Shown here: positions 9,176-18,340 of the stretch, one piece after another
Layout of the letters: each line of letters starts with the position of its first letter
Position numbering within the stretch: position 1 is the first letter of the stretch
Source of the DNA: an uncultured delta proteobacterium
GTDB taxonomy: Bacteria > Desulfobacterota > Binatia > Binatales > Binataceae
Assembly: GCA_963774665.1 (NCBI GenBank)
Contig: CAVZGB010000021.1
Span: 255,467 to 319,466, forward strand
Length of the DNA: 64,000 nucleotides
Direction: 5' to 3'
Notes under the pieces: generated by a model
The model's input: only the letters and a program-made list of their open reading frames with translations
Told to the model about the DNA's origin: nothing
Database searches by the model: none
Made by a program: the position numbers and the translations under genes

Positions 9176-10538
9176 GTCCCCTCTTCGCCGGAGCCGCACG
9201 CGTGAAACTCGACCCGCCGGCCGGCCTGGCGATGCTCGGTTACGGCAATCGCGTCGGCCGCAACGCCGGCATCCATGACGACCTCGCCGCGCAGGCGCTC
9301 GTGCTGAGCGACGGGGTGAACAAAGTCGCGATAGCCGGCGTCGATGTGCTCGCAATCGGGATTCGCATCGCTGACGAGATTCGCGAACGCGTCGCCGCGA
9401 GCTCCGGCATCCCGGCCGATTCGATCCTGGTTTGCGCGACGCACACGCATTCTGCGCCCGCCTTCAACATCTTCGCGACTCCGCGCGTCGACGCGAAGCC
9501 TGCTGAGGGCCGCGACCTCGAATGGGAGCGCGCGCTGCCTGAGAAGATCGCCAGCGCAATCATTCAGGCGAGCGAAAAGCTGGAGCCAGCGACGCTCCGC
9601 GCGGCTGCCTCCCAATTCACGCTCGGAATCAATCGGCGCCTGATGCGTCCGCATCGTCAAATTCAGCTTGCCGCAAATCGCGCCGGCCCAGCCGACGCCG
9701 AAGTCAGCACGCTCGGTGCATATCGCGCCGAACGGATCTCCGATCGCATTCCTGATGAACTATCCATGCCACGGCGTCGTGCTGTGCGAGGACAACCTGC
9801 TCTACTCGCGCGACTGGCCCGGCTTCGCGATGGACGAAATCGAAACCGCGGCCGCCTCCGCCGGAGGCCCTGCGCCCAATTTCGATTTTCATCCAGGGCG
9901 CGACCGGCAATATCGATCCGCGCAGCCGCGGCAACTTCGAAGTCGCCGAGCAGCACGGACGCGCGATGGGCCGCGGCGCGTTCGAAGCGCTCCAGCAGGC
10001 TCCCTCGATTGCCGACGCACGAATTGCCGCGCGCAGAATCGCGCTGAATCTCAAGCTCAAAGATCTCAGCGCCGAACTCGCCATATCGCGCGCTTGCGCC
10101 GACCAGACCCAGGCCTCGCTCGACAACCATCGCGGCGGCGACGGCTATCAGTTGAAACGTCTGCGCGACCACCATGCGCAGTCCCGCGCGGCGCTGGCCG
10201 CTCTGGAAGCCCTCGAGGAGCAAAACCGCCGCGACCGACGCGTCGACATCGAGCGCGGCGAGCTTGCCACCGCGATGACGGTCGTGACTGTCGGCAATCT
10301 CGCGATCGTCGGCATCCCCGGCGAGCTCTTCGTCGAGCTCGGACTTGCGATTAAGGCGAACCCGAACTTCGCGCGAATTTTTGTCGCCGGCTACTGCAAC
10401 GATCTCATCGGGTATATTCCCACCCGCGCCGCGTACCCCGAAGGCGGCTACGAAGTCGATACGGCGAGAATTGCCGCCGGCAGCGGCGAGACGATCGTCG
10501 ACACCGCCCTCTCAGCGCTCGCTGCGATGCGCGCGTAA
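9172..10538 (+). pseudogene. Neutral/alkaline ceramidase-like hydrolase, split over three reading frames as assembled
   Basis: Frame 1 carries MSPLFAGAARVKLDPPAGLAMLGYGNRVGRNAGIHDDL…HTHSAP. Frame 2 carries GSPIAFLMNYPCHGVVL…DW. Frame 3 carries FIQGATGNIDPR…GYCNDLIGYIPT. The single-nucleotide shifts are near 9735 and 9890. Confidence 0.5.
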
Positions 10539-10541
10539 CTC

Positions 10542-10897
10542 GTGCGCGAGATTCAACATCGCGAACTGCTCCAGATGCTCTTCGTCCGACGCGCAGGTCG
10601 TCGACGCTCTCCCGACGCACGAGTACGCCACCGCTCACATCCGCGGCGCAATTCACATCCCGGTCGGACGCGTCCTGCGCGACGCACCAGCGTTGCTCGA
10701 CCGCACGCGCCCGGTCGTCGTCTATTGCCGCGATTCGTTGTGAGACCTCAGCGCGCGAGCTGCGGCGCAGCTCGAGTTGCTCGGCTTCACCGACGTCCGC
10801 CACTACTTCCGCGGCAAGGTCGACTGGATCGTTCGCGGATCTGCCGACCGATCCGCCGGCGCCGCTCTCAGAGCGGATGCGCGCGCTTCGCTACTTC
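10542..10897 (+). pseudogene. Single-domain rhodanese (sulfurtransferase), disrupted as assembled
   Basis: The N-terminus MREIQHRELLQMLF is in one frame. SSDAQVVDALPTHEYATAHIRGAIHIP…RPVVVYCRDSL is in another, with a shift near 10585. An in-frame TGA at 10741-10743 follows the active-site CRDS. The C-terminal …AAAQLELLGFTDVRHYFRGKVDWI continues after it. Confidence 0.5.
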
Positions 10898-11257
10898 ATG
10901 AATAATCTCGCGCCCGGCCTGCGCGCGTTCTGGATTCACTACTCAGACCGGGTGCGGGTCGCCGAGTTCATGCGCGACGACCTGGTCCGCCTCGGCCCCG
11001 AAGACCACGTCCCGCCCTCTCCTCCCGATTCGCCAACGCCGCGCGCCGTCGTGCTCGATCGCAACGAAGTCTTGCTCGGCACAATCGAACGAGCCGAACC
11101 GTCACCACGCGCACTCGATACGATGAATCCCAACCCGCAAACAATCCGCCCCGACATGACCCCGCGCCTCGCTAAGAAGCTGTTGGCTTCAAATCCATAC
11201 CTGATAGTGACGACCGCGAAGGGCAAATATCTTGGACGCTACGTCCCTGAAGACTGA
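10877..11257 (+). CDS. CBS-domain protein
   Basis: C-terminal LDTMNPNPQTIRPDMTPRLAKKLLASNPYLIVTTAKGKYLGRYVPED is CBS-like. The start is uncertain; an alternative ATG lies at about 10970. Confidence 0.4.
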   Translation: MRALRYFMNNLAPGLRAFWIHYSDRVRVAEFMRDDLVRLGPEDHVPPSPPDSPTPRAVVLDRNEVLLGTIERAEPSPRALDTMNPNPQTIRPDMTPRLAKKLLASNPYLIVTTAKGKYLGRYVPED

Positions 11258-11260
11258 GCT

Positions 11261-11689
11261 CTATCGCTCGATCACGCCATCGCTCGAGATATCCAGATGG
11301 TAGGCGACTTCGCGCGCGAGCTGCTCTGGCCGTGCGCGATAGTACTCGACCTGCGGCACACCTGGGATTGCCGCGATGACGTCGTCTACTGCGACTGCCT
11401 TGAAACCGTGATGCTCGAAGAACTCGTCAGCGTCACTGCCGAACAAATAAAGATGGCGTGCGCCGCGCGTGTGCGCAGCCTTGCGCGCCGCCGCGATGAG
11501 CGCGGCTCCGATTCCTCGCCCCCGACTCGATTCATTCACGTACAACGAGCGAATCAGCGCCGCATCGATCATCGACTCGACGCCAATTACTCCGACCGCT
11601 TCATCGCCGATGTACGCCACGATGTAACACGCCGCCGGCCACTCGATTCCGTCGGTCATCATGCCGGCCCGCGCGAGCATTTCGCGCAC
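11261..11689 (-). CDS. GNAT family N-acetyltransferase
   Basis: 142 aa with acetyl-CoA binding motif …RGRGIGAALIAAA…. Confidence 0.8.
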   Translation of the reverse strand: MREMLARAGMMTDGIEWPAACYIVAYIGDEAVGVIGVESMIDAALIRSLYVNESSRGRGIGAALIAAARKAAHTRGARHLYLFGSDADEFFEHHGFKAVAVDDVIAAIPGVPQVEYYRARPEQLAREVAYHLDISSDGVIER

Positions 11690-11768
11690 GAGCGTCGAGG
11701 TTGCGCGTCTGCTCGACTACCAGTTCGCCTGCGCGATGCTTGCGTATCGCCATGTCGCCGTTCGTGAT

Positions 11769-11999
11769 CTACTTTTTCGGCGGCGGAAACAGCTGCACTC
11801 CCGCCTCGTCTACCACCGTGATTGCCTTCACCGGACACGAACGCGCAGCCGAAACAATTATCGAGTCGTCCGCGCCCGACGGGTTGACGACTTCGGACTT
11901 GCCCTCGTCGTCGAGTTGAAACACGGCCGGCGCCGTTTCCACGCAGTCGCCGCTGCCGATGCAGCGGGTTTTGTTTACCGAGATCGAAAGCTTCGCCAT
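11769..11999 (-). CDS. Small single-cluster ferredoxin (about 8 kDa)
   Basis: 76 aa carrying CIGSGDC…CP cluster ligands. Confidence 0.75.
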   Translation of the reverse strand: MAKLSISVNKTRCIGSGDCVETAPAVFQLDDEGKSEVVNPSGADDSIIVSAARSCPVKAITVVDEAGVQLFPPPKK

Positions 12000-12089
12000 C
12001 GCTACCTCCGGGGTTCTGCTTGAACAATAGAATCCACGCCGAGCGCGCGCAATTGAATCCGCCCGCAGCGCGGCTAATACTCATTCGCG

Positions 12090-12482
12090 ATGAGCCAAAT
12101 CGCAGGCACCGGCATCGACGTCATCGAAGTCGATCGCATCGAGCGCGCCCTCACGCGCCCCTCAACCGGCGAGCGCTTTCGCGCCCGTGTCTTCACTGCC
12201 GGCGAGATCAAGTATTGCGAGTCGCGCGGGCTTCCCCGCTACCAGAGCTACGCTGCGCGTTTCGCGGCCAAGGAAGCGACGATGAAGGCGTTAGGCACGG
12301 GATGGAACCGCAACGTCGGATGGAGCGAAATAGAAGTCGTGCGCGAGCGCGGCAAAGCCCCGACGATCGCGCTATCGGGCAAGGCTGCCGCCTTCGCACA
12401 GCGCAAACAAATCACGCGCTTCCACCTGAGCATCACCCACACCGCCGCCCAGGCGATCGCCCACGTGATCGCAGAAACCTGA
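12090..12482 (+). CDS. acpS: Holo-[acyl-carrier-protein] synthase (4'-phosphopantetheinyl transferase)
   Basis: 130 aa with GIDVIEVDRIERAL…FTAGEIKYC…AARFAAKEATMKALGTG. Confidence 0.85.
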   Translation: MSQIAGTGIDVIEVDRIERALTRPSTGERFRARVFTAGEIKYCESRGLPRYQSYAARFAAKEATMKALGTGWNRNVGWSEIEVVRERGKAPTIALSGKAAAFAQRKQITRFHLSITHTAAQAIAHVIAET

Positions 12483-12494
12483 GATCTTATTTAT

Positions 12495-12544
12495 CGCGAT
12501 TGTTCCCCTTCCCTCGAGGGAAGAGGTTAGGGGTTAGGTTGCCG
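12495..12544 (+). repeat. Family 2 repeat, copy ii (CCCCTTCCC TCGA GGGAAGAGG hairpin followed by TTAGGGGTTAGGTT)
   Basis: Immediately 3' of acpS, between convergent genes. Related to 6345-6431, 43830-43870 and 60695-60738. Confidence 0.75.
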
Positions 12545-12676
12545 CGGATCGAGAATAGGCCGAAAGGACGCCGCAACGCAAAACCGGAACCGGCGGCGCT
12601 TACGCGCCGCTGTCCGGAGGCCAGAAGCCAGTTCCTGCCGCTCGCGTTGCTCGCTTCGGTCAGGATGACAGGGAGG

Positions 12677-14107
12677 CTACTTCGCCGGTGACGCGGCGGC
12701 CTGCGGTGGTGGCGGCGGCGGGGCTTTTGCCATGTACAGCGGCGCGGGACGGTTGAGTTGCTCGAAGCTGAAATTGCTCAGCGAGTATACTGCCTTACTC
12801 CCGCCTGACGTCGCGTAGTATTCGGTTCGCTGTGCTGGCTCGCCGGGCATTGGCGGTGCAGTCGGCTTGACGCTGATCTTCGCGAGCTTGACCATTCCGA
12901 GCTGCTTGCCGTCCTTGCCTTCCAGCGTGATTTCGAGCGCGGGATTGTCGAGTCCGAACGGCTGCGCACTCGGCATCGGATCGGCGACGATCGATTCGCC
13001 CTTCAGATCGCGGAACTGATTGAGCAGCCGCTCGACGACTGGAATATCGGCCTCCGTCGTCTTGCTGCCAACTATGACGGACCAATTGCCGACCGGTATG
13101 CGCTTGAGGGTAAATTCGCCGTCGCTGGTTTTAACCTTGACCGTCTCGACCGACTCGGGATCAATCTTGACGATAGTCTTGTCGCGAAAATCCAGCGGCG
13201 ACTTGTCCAGGCTCGTCATTACGTATTCGGCCACCGCGTAAACCGGCGCGCGTTCTCCGCGACGCACGTAGATTCCGCTCTTGCCCTCGCCGGCCTGCTT
13301 GAATCCGAACAGCATCGATTGTTGCTCGCCGTTCTTGAGCACCACCGTGGCAGTCAGATGCGGTTTTTCGAGCCCGTATTGCGCGACGTTGGGGGGCGCG
13401 TCCGACACGAAGTCAGTCGCGCGCGCATTGACTAGCGTGCCGAGCGCCAGCCGGACCGCGGTATCATCAGCTGACGACGGTGCAGGCTTGACGATCTTCC
13501 AGTTGTCGCCGTCGCGATCGATTTCAACCGTAGCACCGTTGTCGCGCGTGATTATCAGTTTTTGAACGTCGTCGATTTTGAACGCCATCAAGTCGCGAAC
13601 GCGCAAATCATTGACCGTCTTGTTCATTCCGGCCGAGAACGCGCCTTCCGTCAGCAGCACCGCAGGACTGTTGGAGAGGTGAACGTAAGCGTTAAAGCCG
13701 ATCGGAGTCGATTTCCCGACCTCGATCGATGGAAGTGTTTTCTGGTCGAAGGTCGTCACCGTGATTGTCGTAGTGGGCGGCTTGAGCCCGAACGGCGCGA
13801 GGTCCGCTGGCTTGTCATCGACGGTGCGAACCAGGACGCCGTCTGCAATCGCACGCGCGAGGTTGTTGGCCTGCGTCTGATCGGCGTCGGCGCCGACGGG
13901 CTTCACGAGGCGCCATGACTTGCCCTTGTCGCGCTCGAGCACGATGTCCCGATCGGAATACTTGAGTTCGATTTTCGCGATGTCGTCCGGCTTGACGTTG
14001 ATCAGTTTCGGCTTTTCCTCATTCGCCGAATAGTGACCGACCACAAAAGCGTAGCCGCCGACAATCGCGAACAGGATTAGAACGATAATGGTGTTGCGCA
14101 AGCGCAT
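12677..14107 (-). CDS. DUF4340-domain protein (partner of GldG-type ABC systems), N-terminal membrane anchor
   Basis: 476 aa with a transmembrane helix at the N-terminus and a Pro-rich C-terminus. Lies immediately downstream of the GldG-like gene in the same operon. Confidence 0.6.
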   Translation of the reverse strand: MRLRNTIIVLILFAIVGGYAFVVGHYSANEEKPKLINVKPDDIAKIELKYSDRDIVLERDKGKSWRLVKPVGADADQTQANNLARAIADGVLVRTVDDKPADLAPFGLKPPTTTITVTTFDQKTLPSIEVGKSTPIGFNAYVHLSNSPAVLLTEGAFSAGMNKTVNDLRVRDLMAFKIDDVQKLIITRDNGATVEIDRDGDNWKIVKPAPSSADDTAVRLALGTLVNARATDFVSDAPPNVAQYGLEKPHLTATVVLKNGEQQSMLFGFKQAGEGKSGIYVRRGERAPVYAVAEYVMTSLDKSPLDFRDKTIVKIDPESVETVKVKTSDGEFTLKRIPVGNWSVIVGSKTTEADIPVVERLLNQFRDLKGESIVADPMPSAQPFGLDNPALEITLEGKDGKQLGMVKLAKISVKPTAPPMPGEPAQRTEYYATSGGSKAVYSLSNFSFEQLNRPAPLYMAKAPPPPPPQAAASPAK

Positions 14108-14136
14108 CGGAGATTAGGTCGCAGCCGCGGGACGCC

Positions 14137-15702
14137 TCAATTGCGCCGTTCCCACCACACAACGATCCCGGCAATCAGCAGCAACTCGGGCAGCAGCAGC
14201 ACTGCGAATGCGAACACGATCGAGAACTGCCCCTCGGTCAGGCGGAAGCGCGACGCGCGAATCGAGCGCGGCCGGATCGAGATCGAGTTTTCTTCGCCGG
14301 TCAGCCAGTCGGCGCTGTTAACGAAAAAATCGCGGTTGAAGAACGTGGTCACATATTGATTGTCGGCAAACTCGGAGCTGCCGAACACCACGATGCGCGC
14401 ATCGCCTTTGCCCCATCCCAGCTGCTGGAGGTCGCCGTTCACCGCCATCGCCACCGCGATCGGCCCGCGAGTGTCCTTCGCGCTCAGCTCGGCCTTTTGC
14501 TGCCGGAACAGCGTATCGAGGTCGACCTCCGCCCACGACGTATCACTGGTGTTCGCGATCGGCGCGACCGTAAGGCCCGGTTTCAGATTCGGCTCGGCGG
14601 TCAGCGATCGCGACATCGGGAACACGGTGCGCTGCTTGAAATCCTTGGTGATCGGATGATCGCCGTAGTTCTGCACGATCGGATTCAGACCAAGCGCGGG
14701 ACCCTCGAACAGACGGACGACCTGGTCCACCACGATGTCGTTGCCGACTTTGACGCCCCACTCGCTCGCCAGCTTGACCATCGCTTCTTCGTCGATCGGA
14801 TTGTCGGGACGCTGCGGCCGGAACATCGCGATCATGCGCCCGCCATGCTTCAGGTAGTCGTTCAACGCGTCAATCTCATGCTGCCCGAGCGGCTTGATCG
14901 GTCCCGCTACCACGACCAGGTTCGCGTCGTCAGGCACCTTCGGCAGTTGCGCGAGCTCGAGCTTGCGGACCTCGTAACCCTCGCCTTCCAGATCTTTTTT
15001 GATGGTCCCGTAGCCGGTCTGGGTTTCCGCGTCGTCGGGATCCGCCTCGCCATGCCCATCGAGGAACTCGATCACCTTCTTGGTGCTTCGGGTCGCGCGA
15101 ATGATCGCGTTGGTCAGCGATTCCTCGGTGAGGTCGGTGACGTTGGTGCCCTCGCCGCTATCAGGTCCGCCGTATTGCAGATGCGTCGTGCCCATCACAG
15201 ACACCTTGAAACGCTCGGCCAGCTCCGGATGCTTATCGGGATCGACCAGTTCGTAGGTGAACTTGGGCGAGTAGTACGCGAAGGTCTCGTAGAGTTCGCG
15301 CGCCGCCGGATTCTCGCCGCCCTGGAAGAAGCCGTACAACTTCAGCGGCTTCTGCAGCCCTTTGACCACGTTTATCGATTGGCTTGAAAGGCTGTAAACC
15401 TTTTCGCTCGTAAGGTCGAGCCGCGTGTGATGTATCGACGAAATATAGTTGACCGCGACCAGCAACCCGATGAACGCAATCGAGTAGATTGCGGCGTTGG
15501 CGCCGTAACGCGCAGAACGTCCGGTCGAGATCGATGAAAGTTCGGAGCGGCTGGACGTGATCCACAGGACGATCGCGAAGATGCCGCCGGCCAGGTTGAC
15601 CCATACGAACAGCCGAAAGCCGCTCGAAATAAAATAGTCAACCAGCCCGAACGCGAGCAGAACCAGGCCGAGAATTCCGTAAAGAGCCGCCGATCGCCGC
15701 AT
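14137..15702 (-). CDS. GldG-like auxiliary component of an ABC-2 transport system
   Basis: 521 aa with N- and C-terminal transmembrane segments flanking a large periplasmic domain. Operon position is after the ABC-2 permease. Confidence 0.7.
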   Translation of the reverse strand: MRRSAALYGILGLVLLAFGLVDYFISSGFRLFVWVNLAGGIFAIVLWITSSRSELSSISTGRSARYGANAAIYSIAFIGLLVAVNYISSIHHTRLDLTSEKVYSLSSQSINVVKGLQKPLKLYGFFQGGENPAARELYETFAYYSPKFTYELVDPDKHPELAERFKVSVMGTTHLQYGGPDSGEGTNVTDLTEESLTNAIIRATRSTKKVIEFLDGHGEADPDDAETQTGYGTIKKDLEGEGYEVRKLELAQLPKVPDDANLVVVAGPIKPLGQHEIDALNDYLKHGGRMIAMFRPQRPDNPIDEEAMVKLASEWGVKVGNDIVVDQVVRLFEGPALGLNPIVQNYGDHPITKDFKQRTVFPMSRSLTAEPNLKPGLTVAPIANTSDTSWAEVDLDTLFRQQKAELSAKDTRGPIAVAMAVNGDLQQLGWGKGDARIVVFGSSEFADNQYVTTFFNRDFFVNSADWLTGEENSISIRPRSIRASRFRLTEGQFSIVFAFAVLLLPELLLIAGIVVWWERRN

Positions 15703-15714
15703 CCGCCCCCTACC

Positions 15715-16488
15715 TTACCGCCAGCGCGCCGACTCGACCGATCGTTGGGTCAAGAACAGCGCCACGAAGATGAGACTCAGGAAATAGACAATGTCGCGCG
15801 TGTCGATGATACCGGTAACCATCTGCGCGAAATGGTCCGGCAGCGAAAGATAGCGCAGCAAGTCGGAGAATGACGATCCGCCCGCCTGCGCCGGCCACGA
15901 AATCACGAACAGCCCCAGCAGCAGGCCGAAACAACTGATCGCCGCAATTATCTGATTCTGCGTCAGCGAGCTGGTGAACAGCCCGATCGAAACGAACGAA
16001 ATCGCCAGGAACGCGAGACCCAGGTAGCCGGCGAACATCACGCCGATTTCCGGGTTACCGAATGCAATCAGGATCAGCGGGAACATTCCGGCGAGCCCGA
16101 TCATGATCAGCATGAACGCCGCCGCCGCGATGAACTTTCCCGCGACTATCTCGCCCGTGCGGATCGGCGCGGTGAGCAACAGCTCGTAGGTGCCGGTGCG
16201 CTTTTCCTCGGCAAAACTTCGCATCGTGATCGCAGGTACGAGGATGACGAGCACGATCGCGAGGTTGTGCAGCATCGGCATGATTACTCGCTCGTTGAGA
16301 TTGAGCTTCTGCAAAACTTCCGGATTCTGCATCGCAGCATATGCGGTCAGCGTCACTTCGAAGTAGCGCAGCAGCGCAAAGAAAAAGAAGCCGCCCAGCA
16401 GCAGGAACACCGTCATCACGACGTAGGCGACCGGCTGCAGGAAATATCCCGCGAGCTCCTTGCCCGCGATTGTCAGAGAATTTTTCAT
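15715..16488 (-). CDS. ABC-2 family transporter permease (GldF-like)
   Basis: 257 aa with six transmembrane segments. Follows the ABC ATPase gene. Confidence 0.75.
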   Translation of the reverse strand: MKNSLTIAGKELAGYFLQPVAYVVMTVFLLLGGFFFFALLRYFEVTLTAYAAMQNPEVLQKLNLNERVIMPMLHNLAIVLVILVPAITMRSFAEEKRTGTYELLLTAPIRTGEIVAGKFIAAAAFMLIMIGLAGMFPLILIAFGNPEIGVMFAGYLGLAFLAISFVSIGLFTSSLTQNQIIAAISCFGLLLGLFVISWPAQAGGSSFSDLLRYLSLPDHFAQMVTGIIDTRDIVYFLSLIFVALFLTQRSVESARWR

Positions 16489-16503
16489 TCGAGCGGCACG
16501 GGT

Positions 16504-17271
16504 CTAGGTATGCCCCGCTCCAACCTCCTCCAGCTTTTCTTCCGCCGTCGCACCGTCCTCGTGATGCTCTTTGGTGATCGCGTTCAGGAAAATATCTTCG
16601 AGCGAGGTCCCGGCCGGCAGCTTCTTCAGGTATTCCTCGAGCACCACACGGCCGTCGGCGATGATCACGACCTTGTCGCAAATCTGCGACACCTCGGGCA
16701 GGATGTGCGTCGAGAGCACGACGGTTCTATTGCCGGCGAGATGGTGAATCAGCCCGCGAATTTCGTGAATCTGGCGCGGGTCGAGACCGATGGTCGGTTC
16801 GTCGAGCACCAGCACCGGCGGATCATGAATCAATGCTTGCGCCAGGCCGACGCGCTGTCGATAACCCTTCGATAGCTGTCCGCAAATCCGATGCGCCATG
16901 TCGGTGAGTCCGCAAACTTCGAGCACATGCTCGAGCGCCGACTCGATCTTCGCGCGCGGGACGTCGCGGAGCTTCGCAACGAACCGCAGGTAGGCCTCGA
17001 CGCGCATGTCCGGATAGAGCGGAGGATTCTCGGGGAGGTAACCGATTTTGCGGCGAGCCTCGAGCGACTGCGAAAAAATATCGAGTCCGTCAATCAGCAC
17101 GGTGCCCGCAGTCGCCGGCATATACCCCGTGATGATGCGCATCGTGGTGGTTTTGCCGGCGCCGTTGGGGCCTAGAAAGCCGAGGATGGACCCGCTCTCG
17201 GCCTTGAACGATACGTCTTTAACCGCGACAAAGTTGCCGTAGGCTTTAGTTAGGTTTTTAACCTCAATCAT
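16504..17271 (-). CDS. ABC transporter ATP-binding protein (GldA-like)
   Basis: Walker A GPNGAGKTTT, signature LSKGYRQRVGLA and Walker B VLVLDEPT. Confidence 0.9.
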   Translation of the reverse strand: MIEVKNLTKAYGNFVAVKDVSFKAESGSILGFLGPNGAGKTTTMRIITGYMPATAGTVLIDGLDIFSQSLEARRKIGYLPENPPLYPDMRVEAYLRFVAKLRDVPRAKIESALEHVLEVCGLTDMAHRICGQLSKGYRQRVGLAQALIHDPPVLVLDEPTIGLDPRQIHEIRGLIHHLAGNRTVVLSTHILPEVSQICDKVVIIADGRVVLEEYLKKLPAGTSLEDIFLNAITKEHHEDGATAEEKLEEVGAGHT

Positions 17272-17580
17272 TCAGTTCGTCCGATTCCAGAGCCGCCTGC
17301 GTCACAACCGAGTCGGTCGGTCAAATGAATTGACGATACGAACCACACGGTAATTCGATCAACAACAAGGCAACCGTCTAATTAAACACGCCACGCTGAA
17401 CTGTCAATACGATGATCTAAGGCGGTAGTGGTTCAGTTCAAAAGTCCGACTGACTCTTCGACGGTCCAAACCAGGTCCGAAACGTTGGCTTCCATCGCAA
17501 GCGTAAACTGATTCTCCATGCGCGAGCGGAGCCGTTGGCCGATCGCGGATGGTGTGTTAACTTTGTGATGGATAGAGATC

Positions 17581-17760
17581 ATGAAGCATCAGGCTAACAC
17601 GAAACGCTCTGAGACCAAGCGCCCTAAGACCAGCCTTCGAGACTTGGAACGGGTCGGTGAAGTCATTTCTGAAAGCCGCAGTTTTTTCGGTAATCTTCCA
17701 GAAATCAAACTAGCGAAGAAAATCCGATTGGATCGAATCGTGAAAGTCGCCAAGCGATAG
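17581..17760 (+). CDS. Small ORF (59 aa, basic), possible antitoxin-like partner of the downstream PIN gene
   Basis: ATG 17581 to TAG 17760, below the ORF-track length cutoff. Lies in the low-GC islet in the same frame and direction as the PIN N-terminus. Confidence 0.25.
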   Translation: MKHQANTKRSETKRPKTSLRDLERVGEVISESRSFFGNLPEIKLAKKIRLDRIVKVAKR

Positions 17761-17772
17761 AGCGCCTTTCAG

Positions 17773-18287
17773 TTGCCCGCGAATCGGCATCTCTTCAGCG
17801 ACAACCCGCTCCCGACCGAAATCGTTGTCGATTCCAGCTTTGTTTTCCATGCGCTGATAGAAGACGAGAGAAGCGGATATCACGTCCCCGCCGCGACTTT
17901 GCGGAAAGATTGCGCGGTGCGAACGCCACCCTGATCTATTCGGCTTTGATTTTCCTCGAAGCGCCTCAATGCTGGAAACGCTTGTACAATACGGGCGCGC
18001 TGCTCCCGTCAAAGCGGGGTGCGGATCTCGCCAACGACAGAGCGAGCGCTTTCACTGAAGCAAATACTGCTCTTCAAACCTTTCTTTCCGCGTTCAACAG
18101 AAAGGAAGTGCGCGTTACGAAACAGCTCATGAAAAGCGCGACTGCTCAGGTCGCTGAGTTCAATCTCGGTTCCCACGATGCAATTGCAGTTGCAATTTCT
18201 CGTTCCGGGGTTCCAAATGTTGCCGCTCTTGATCGGGGATTCAAGAGGGTTGACGGAATCGAGCTATGGGACGGAATGCTCACGTAG
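17773..18287 (+). pseudogene. PIN-domain (VapC-like) toxin homolog, frameshifted as assembled
   Basis: N-terminal EIVVDSSFVFHALIEDE is in one frame, with a TTG start at about 17773. …LIYSALIFLE…LGSHDAIAVAISRSGVPNVAALDRGFKRVDGIELW is in the 17910..18287 frame. The shift is near 17905. Confidence 0.4.
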
Positions 18288-18340
18288 GCGATTTGCTTTT
18301 GGGACCCTGTTGCTTTGCGGACTGTATCGGATAGTTTCGA

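Noticed and set aside
10741-10743. In-frame TGA in the rhodanese gene as a selenocysteine codon
   Set aside because: It follows the active-site Cys (CRDS) rather than replacing it. No SECIS-like hairpin is evident. The gene also has a separate frameshift, so premature stop or sequence error is the simpler reading.
17281-17580. Possible tRNA or small structured RNA in the low-GC spacer upstream of the ABC operon
   Set aside because: No cloverleaf hallmarks (GTTCGAATC-type T-arm, CCA end) and no convincing conserved hairpins. Treated as promoter or leader DNA.
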